This document shows positions 52,935 to 64,000 of a stretch of DNA of 64,000 bases, piece by piece (positions within the stretch are counted from its first letter, which is position 1; the number at the start of each line of letters is the position of its first letter). The notes under the pieces are model-generated. The model was given only the letters and a program-made list of their open reading frames with translations, was not told the origin of the DNA and did not search any database. Source of the stretch: Hormiphora californensis (Eukaryota; Animalia; Ctenophora); the NCBI GenBank assembly GCA_020137815.1, contig CM035358.1:248001-312000 (forward strand), in the 5' to 3' direction. Position numbers and translations under genes: made by a program.

Positions 52935-55639
52935 ATGGTGGCGGGGTCCGTCAAAACTATGACTCTTTTCACCCTCGTGTGGGGACTTGAGAGGTTCACT
53001 TTGACCTTGTCTAACCTGTGTATGGTGGCTTTCCTCACGAACCTTTCAAAGACTATCCATATGGCGGTGATAGGCAGCATTTATATGGTCATTCAGGTAA
53101 AAATAAGTCTTTCATGGACTACTATAATGGGTAGAAAATCTTCTACATTTTGCAATTTATAGCCCATGGGCAATTTGGGCGTTATAATCATTCTGAAATA
53201 ATACATATCAGTGTATACCGGTGGCTATTTGTGCACTGTATGTTGGACCCTGGCTAGATGTGGTGGAACGGGGGAGTGCAGTTCCTAGAGCTATATTGGT
53301 AAAGATTGGAAGTGTTGCGATTACCCTCTTTGTTAGTGGCGTTGTGGCGTTCTTCAATATCAATCAAGGGTATAACCATTGTTTTTTACAGATTCAACTC
53401 CGTGTTATAAATATTGCATTATGTATATCACATGTATACAGGGGTTTGAGCGCGATGATATAAAACAACTTAAATTTACCCAGGGGTATATTTGTGATTC
53501 TTCCTATGTTGATATTTCTCATTGTGGGAACTTCAATGTCAGGAGCTATGCACATTATCATTCACCTGTCCACTGAGAGGCTCTGGTTGGTTGCTGCTGC
53601 CAACAGGGAAGCTAACTCTTCCAAATTCCTTGCAAGAGCTAACGGGTTAGTACTGCAGGGATATCAACTAGTTAAAAGTTAGAGTCAGACCCCGATTTAC
53701 CGGGATGCTCGGGGGATGGGGTTGGTGGGCGGTGGTTACCCGGTAAATCGGGGTGCCCGGTATATAGGGGTCAAATAATTCCCTTTCGGGGGAGGTTTAT
53801 CCTCCCGGTAAATCGGGGGGCCAGTAAATCGGGGTCCAGTAAATCGGGGTTCCCAGTTCATAAAATTTTAACAAACGTTATTTCAGAATGATGTCCATTG
53901 CGTTTGATGTATCCCAAGTGTTCGGTTTGATGCTCTTTGGACCTTTAACTAAAGATATGTCGCCGTATAGTGTCTACCTAATTGCCGGAACCCTCTTTCT
54001 TGTCCTTTCCTCAGTGGAATTGGCTTCTTTCCGAAAACTTGACACCATGCTTCCTCCCCAGGTTATTTAGTGTTTAATGATCGCCAAACTATTTATAAAC
54101 TTTTATTGTGTTCCAGATGTCCCAAGCGGTTGTACAAAGACGGTCAGTGAGGTTAAGCTTTGTAGACTACTGGAGCCAGCGAGACACACCAGTTGGGATC
54201 TGTTGGGCGGCTCGCAGCACTTTCACCGCTCTGTGGTTTGCTACCACTGTAATCCATCACAGGTAGATAATACACGCAAATAATTTCTGGCAGCGGATTA
54301 CGGGGGCCCGAAAGAAATGCCCGAATAGATCGCCCGAAAGATCTATTTGTGCATCAAGTGAAATCGTACTTTCACCACACAGAAGGCTTATTATATAATA
54401 TTATATGTGCGTGACACGCATGTGCCTTCTGTGTGGTGAAACGTAATGTGCAGATGAATCTTTCGGGCGATCTATTCGGGAGATCTATTCGGGCTCTCCT
54501 TTCGAGCCCCGTGTAATCCCCGTGTAACAATCATCTTCTTTCAGTCCAATAGGAGTTTTGTACAGGTGGTTTTACTTTGTGACCAGTATCGCAACATCAC
54601 TAGGCTTTGTGTTCTCTTTACCCCGCATTGGACACCATGTGGTACTAATTGGTGTGGCAGCTGCTGAAATCTTCAGCCTTCTTTTGGCGACCATTCCTGT
54701 ACTCTCTCGTAAACTTAGTGTGAGTCATTTTGAGTTTCCTATAAAGCTCCACATGCTGAAGTAGAGTGAGTGAATTCCTACACCTGGTATTTGAAAGAAT
54801 ATGTCTTAAAGGCATACTGTGGGCAGAATTTCACACTTTTTATACGGTTATAACAAGGTTTCCGTTGTGCAGGTATATGACATGATAACCAACTCAACCC
54901 TGGTCGATATACTGGAGCTAAACGTTGAGCAAATGACGAGCATATCACTCACAGAAATTGTCCCTCAGGTAGCTAATTGCCATTAAAGTGAGAGAGAGAG
55001 AACAGCAGGGATAACATGATTTTATTAATCCAAATTTGATCTCAGATATTCACTGTAACAATCTACGTATTGCTAGCACTCTCGATTGTCATATCATCAG
55101 CCTCAAATCGCCTCTGGAATTTGACAGCGCTTCAGATATACCAGGTAGGAAAGACTCTCTTGCGAACCGGCTGTTTAAACCTTCCATGCATCTATGATGA
55201 AATATTATGATCGCATGTTCTAGGAGACAGTTCCAGCTCAAAGTAGGGGCTCCGTTGGTGGTGTTCAGATATTTCTGGATTACACTGCCCTATCCTTCCA
55301 CGGGCTTCTAGCATTCACAGCGCACGGCACAGGAGTAAGTATTTCCTATTTCGGTGGACAGAACTGACAGAAGTCAGAACAATAAATGACACTGTCTGTC
55401 ATGACCGTTAAAAATTAGCCACCGAAAAAACTTTCTAAATTCTCAACTTTCTTTTACAAATTATATTATGTTGAACATTGTTTTTTCAGTACGCCTGGAT
55501 GTGTGCAGGAATTGGGTTTGCTCTTTCTCTTTTCAACATATTGGCACTTCTTTGGTGGAGACGAGTTAAGAGATCGAATTCAGAGCGAGTTACCTTAATA
55601 AAGAGAGAAGTAACAACTGTGGATCTTCCAAAAGAATAA
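52935..55639 (+). CDS. Divergent ferroportin-like (SLC40 family) MFS transporter, multi-exon
   Basis: Spliced exons give WGLERF, VGPWLDVVER, TERLWLVAAA..LARANG..AFDVSQVFG, RLWNLTALQIYQETVPAQSRGSVGGVQ..LSFHG. These parallel ferroportin WGDRM, GDWVDKNAR, QRDWIVVVA..LANMNA..IDQ, LWSFDL..QLLQE..ERG.INGVQ..LLH. Confidence 0.7.
53683..53853. mobile_element. Degenerate CCCCGATTTA-family MITE in intron
   Basis: AGTCAGACCCCGATTTAC ... GTAAATCGGGGT repeats. Confidence 0.6.
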
Positions 55640-55898
55640 ATTTGAACTGTTATAATGCAGTATAGTACAATGGACTTATCTGAAATAATATTTTCTAACT
55701 TGCTGGATCAAGAACTAATACTATATGTATAATTGATGGTCCTTGTCCCGGAGTTGAACTAAAACTTCCTTGTTTTACTTGGAACTAATATATGTAGTAC
55801 ATTATGTTGCCTGCAAACACGATAACACTAAACAGTGAGATTGTTCAATGTTCGTCAGTAAAATATATATTTCAATTAAGAATATATCATCCTGAGTG

Positions 55899-59475
<3,577 letters not shown>

Positions 59476-59577
59476 ACCAGGTGTGCTTCCGATAAGCTAT
59501 AGAAATAGATTGAATGTTATACTTATTTTACTACTGAAACAATCATGAAATTGAATTATGAAATGTATAATACATTT

Positions 59578-61414
59578 GAGACACCTGATCGTGCATTCGC
59601 CTAAGTGCGGATAGGCGAAAATTGAGATTAGACCAGGAGTGTGTTCAGGGTGTCCTAATACACCAGACACCTTATGACCAGTTTTGGTAAGTTTCTGATG
59701 CTTAGAACGTAAAATAAAATTTTGACGTATCTGCACTTAGACCAATTTCAAGATAATTTTTTTGTAAATATCCGTATAAGTCGGGGGATTACGGGGGCCC
59801 AGATGAATCGCCCATACCAAGTGCCCGTACCAAGTGCCCGTACCTGACGTTTGCACATTGAAATTGTGTACTTTAGCGCGTAGCACACGCAAAAAACTTT
59901 CACCATTCGATGGGGCTTAAAATTTCCTTTCCAACGGTACCAAAACGATTTCTGTAGCTTATCAGGAACCAGAGATATTGGCAATTATGATAATAACAAG
60001 GGGCACTAAAGCGGTTTATTGACATAATTGGTCATATCTCCGGTTCCTGATAAGCTACAGAAATCGTTTTGGTACCGTTGGAAAGGAAATTTCAAGCCTC
60101 ATCGAATGGTGAAGATTTGAAGTCTTTATCTTATCAGGAACAGGAGTTATGAGCCAAAACGTGAAAAGTCGATCTTGAAACGCTTTTTTTGATCGATTTT
60201 TTCTGAGCAGAAATGTGTGTGGTGCACACGTGGCGCGGAGTTTTTTGCGTGTGCTACATGCTAAAGTACACAATTTCAATGCGCAAACGTCAGGTACGGG
60301 CACTTGGTATGGGCGATTCATCCGGGCCCCCGTAATCCGCTGCCTAAAGTCCAATTTTTTATTTAAAGTAAGAGTGGCGCGCCGTGTTTTCTCACAAAAC
60401 TTAGTGGATGAACGGGGAGTACCACCAGGACCATTGGTACGGTATCGAAAATTTCCAATTCTGTCTCGTTCATTAGTTATGACGTAATATGTTCATTATT
60501 TCAACTTTCATAAAACTGCTCTTCAGAAAAATCTGTACATTGTGGATTGAAATGGATGCTTGCATCGTGTTCAGCGTCAAAAAATAGCCGGGGTACCAAA
60601 TTTTGGTGTCTCTACCTTGTCTGTGACGCGAGATATCGACAATTATCAAAAACGACCAAAATGGGTGAGAGAGAGATTGTTATCTTTGGGTGCTAGTTGT
60701 TTGTGCGCGCCACCCACTTGTAACAAACTCTCTTTCTCTCACTTTGGTCGTTTTTGATATTTGTCGATATCTCGCGTCACAGACAAGGTAGAGACACCAA
60801 AAATCAAAATTTGGTACCCCGGCTATTTTTTGACGCTGAACACGATGCAAGCATCCATTTCAATCCACAATGTACAGATTTTTCTGAAGAGCAATTTTAG
60901 AAAAGTTGAAATAATGGACATATTACGTCATAACTAATGAACGAGACAGAATTGGAAATTTTCGATACCGTACCAATGGTCCTGGTGGTACTCCCCGTTC
61001 ATCCACTAAGTTTTGTGAGAAAACACGGCGCGCCACTCTTACTTTAAGCGACAGGCCGCCGCACATCAAAATGCAGCGCTTGAAATCGATTTCCGGTTCC
61101 TGATAAGCTAGCGACTTTTTCTTGGTGCCATTCGAAAGATAAAATTTTTATCTTTCCAACGCAACCAGGATCAATTCTTTATCTTATCAGGAACCGGAGA
61201 TATGACCAATTATAACTAATTGAGTGCGCGGCGGCCTGTCGCTTAAATAAAAAATTCGACTATAACTCAAGAGTCAAGATACACAAAATAGAATAACCTC
61301 ATTTTCTGTTGTAAGTGCAGATAAACATGGTTTTTCAACTAATATTTTCAAACTTTCTACTGTCTATCTGCAGATAGACAAATGCAGATAGGCGAATGCA
61401 TGATCAGGTGTCTC
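59578..61414. mobile_element. Sola-like non-autonomous element (GAG terminus, ATTT TSD) with nested MITEs
   Basis: ATTT|GAGACACCTGATCGTGCATTCGCCTA ... TAGGCGAATGCATGATCAGGTGTCTC|ATTT. Confidence 0.7.
60345..61264. mobile_element. TAAAGTC-family MITE containing a Kolobok-like palindrome (60367-61043, TTAA TSD)
   Basis: Outer TAAAGTCCAATTTTTTATTTAA..GCGACAGGCCGCCGC / GCGGCGGCCTGTCGCTTAAATAAAAAATTCGACTATA. Inner TTAA|AGTAAGAGTGGCGCG...CGCGCCACTCTTACT|TTAA. Confidence 0.8.
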
Positions 61415-61829
61415 ATTTTCTCATTTGCCCTGTCTGGCGGCGCCGCCCCGATCTGATTGAACTGATCAGCGACAATCAAAACGGGGTTTGGCACCGCCAG
61501 GTAGTATTTCCCAAATTCAACAAGTCAAATTTAAATTTAAAGGCGAAAAAGTACAAAGTCATGACATCAATGTTGACGATTTTATAGTGTGCTAACAGTT
61601 GTACGTCAATCAAGATAAATGAGTATTTCCATATATTGACGTAAAGGCCATTGTATTTTTTGCTGAATCTTTTGCTTCCATAAAACACGTCACGGTCAAT
61701 ACTGCCACTCCCTACTGAGCTAATACCAACTCGTGGGAAAATAAAGGATAAGTGATACAAGCATCAAGAAAGCCGAAACGACAGAGAGCGAGAGAGAGAT
61801 CTATATAGAGAGATCTATAAAGAGAGAGG

Positions 61830-61935
<106 letters not shown>

Positions 61936-62308
61936 CGACGGGGAGGCAGAGGAAAAAACGAATTGATCGATAATATTGCATTGTCAACAGCAATGACAAT
62001 CAGAATGGAAATGATTGCAGTACCAGACCATATTGTTGTAACATAACAATAACAACAGAAGATACGGCACATATAGGCAATATAACATAACTTATAATTA
62101 ATGATACTGATTCTTTTCGGAAGTAAAGTCGGGTTTTTTGAAGTTATCACACTATGTTTATACTGTTTATATGGTTACCAGTTACCACAACTTCAAATGA
62201 GTCCGCGACACTGTGGTATCAATTATCACTTGCCATACTGCCAGTTAAAAAGATCACGGGTGTATTTTTAACCTATCGCTACAATCTTAGTAGACAGTAG
62301 GACGTTAA

Positions 62309-63622
62309 AGGTTGACAAGATACCAAAAACTTTTCTTCTATCTTTCTATTTTTCAGGAATTTTAAGCATTTTTTCAGATTGTTTGTCGTGTAGAAAAATA
62401 TTCCAAAACAGGGCGCTTTCCAGGTAGGCGGTAAATGTTAACCAGATCTGAGAGAAAACGTACGTGCAAAACCACGTTTTTGTCCATAACTCAGTCATTT
62501 CTTGACCAATTTGCAAAATCTTGGGCGCGTTGGAAAGAGGACATTAAGCTCTTTCAAATGAGCCCAATAAAACTAAAATCGGCGCAAAATGCGCGGCGTC
62601 ATGGCGCAAAATGCGCGTTTTCGCCACCACGCCGCGCAATTTGCACCAATTTTCATTTTCTTGGGCTCATTTGAGAGATCTCAATGTCCTCTTTCCAATG
62701 AGCCAAAGATTTTGCAAATTGGTCAAGAAATGACTGAGTTATGGGCAACAACGTGCGAAATTCCCACAGATCTGGTTAACATTTACCGCCTACCCGCTTT
62801 CCAGCACCACGCCGCACAACTTTTAACATTCTGATGCTGAAAAAGTATAGTACTGCGGCTGAAATCTACACTGGAATACCCTTTTTCAGCATCAGAATAT
62901 TTAAAGTTGTGGCTTGTGCGGTGCGGCGCTGGAAAGCGCCCTGGTTTAAAATATTTTTCAGAAAAATCTAAAAAAATGCTTAAAACTCCTGAAAAATCGA
63001 AAAATAAGATAGAAGAAAAGTTTTAAAGGGAAGTAATTTTGATATCTCCTTCTGGTGATCAACACACACACACGCCCTCTGTACAACAGTTTAATGGGGA
63101 ATCTCACACATACACGGGCAGAACTCGGTTAAGGAGACATTAATTAGTATTCTGAATAATGAGTTCAGAGCAAGAATTAAATAGGGAAGAAAATCGAAAA
63201 ATACTGGGTTTGACCGGGAATTGAACCAGGGACCTCCAGAGAGACATGCTCGGAGCTATAAACCACTAAGCTACCAAACCCTATGTACTGATCGCATTTC
63301 ATCGCTCTATATTCAAGCTCCTGCCCTTAGCTAGACACCATGTGATAAAGGGAAGTAATTTTGATATCTCCTTCTAGGAGATATCAAAATTACTTCCCTT
63401 TATCACATGGTGTCTAGCTAAGGGCAGGAGCTTGAATATAGAGCGATGAAATGCGATCAGTACATAGGGTTTGGTAGCTTAGTGGTTTATAGCTCCGAGC
63501 ATGTCTCTCTGGAGGTCCCTGGTTCAATTCCCGGTCAAACCCAGTATTTTTCGATTTTCTTCCCTATTTAATTCTTGCTCTGAACTCATTATTCAGAAAA
63601 GTTTTAGGTATCTTGTCAACAT
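62309..63622. mobile_element. Foldback element whose right arm is interrupted by the tRNA-like repeat
   Basis: GTTGACAAGATACCAAAAACTTTTCTTCTATC inverted as GATAGAAGAAAAGTTTT[insert]AGGTATCTTGTCAAC. Confidence 0.7.
63026..63594 (-). mobile_element. Second tRNA-like retro-repeat insertion: 322-bp monomer + partial repeat + inverted arm
   Basis: TSD AGAAAAGTTTTA at 63014-63025 and 63595-63606. Period 322 bp (63026/63348). Inversion centre ~63374. Confidence 0.75.
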
Positions 63623-64000
63623 TTTCATGCATCACACCACTTCAATGAAATATATCATGCAGACCCCCAAAGTTAAAAGCCCCCCCCCCCCTTTCGTGCG
63701 CTCGTTTTTTGTGCGCCTATTACAAAAAACTGTCAAAAACTGATAAATATCACATGCACATGAGTTTGGGGGTGACAACTTGAAAAATCCGACTTTATAG
63801 TTACATGTGCAAATAACAGAGACAGCAGATACAGTGCTTTAGATAAGGAGACTGCGGAAATACAATGCCGATATGGTTGTGTTTGGGACATATTTGTGGT
63901 CGAATGCTACCTATTTATTGAGGCACTTTTCCCTAATGGATCGGTATCATAAATACAGCATCAACCAACCATATGCTTAAGAAATCACAAAAATCGGAAC

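Overview
Eukaryotic, intron-rich and transposon-dense animal DNA. The short introns and MITE families suggest a marine invertebrate, possibly a ctenophore (inference only). The centrepiece is a complete, apparently intact 21.1-kb Polinton/Maverick (Adintovirus-like endogenous dsDNA virus) at 19166-40288. It has AGTAGT termini, ~358-bp TIRs and a 6-bp TSD (AGGGAG), and encodes pPolB, integrase, packaging ATPase, adenain protease, major and minor capsid proteins, a predicted membrane glycoprotein and several orphans. It carries an unusual ~8.8-kb non-coding arm made of 103-bp, 44-bp and 46/26-bp tandem arrays plus a multi-branched hairpin structure. The Polinton splits an RT-RNase H LINE whose frame is restored on removal, and that LINE sits in a Tc1/mariner-type MITE. 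Also present: a kinesin-13 (KIF2-like) gene, a divergent ferroportin-like gene, a divergent rhodopsin-type 7TM gene, an RTE-clade LINE, two insertions of a tRNA-like-containing 322-bp retro-repeat with Penelope-like inverted/permuted structure, and many nested foldback MITEs and microsatellites.
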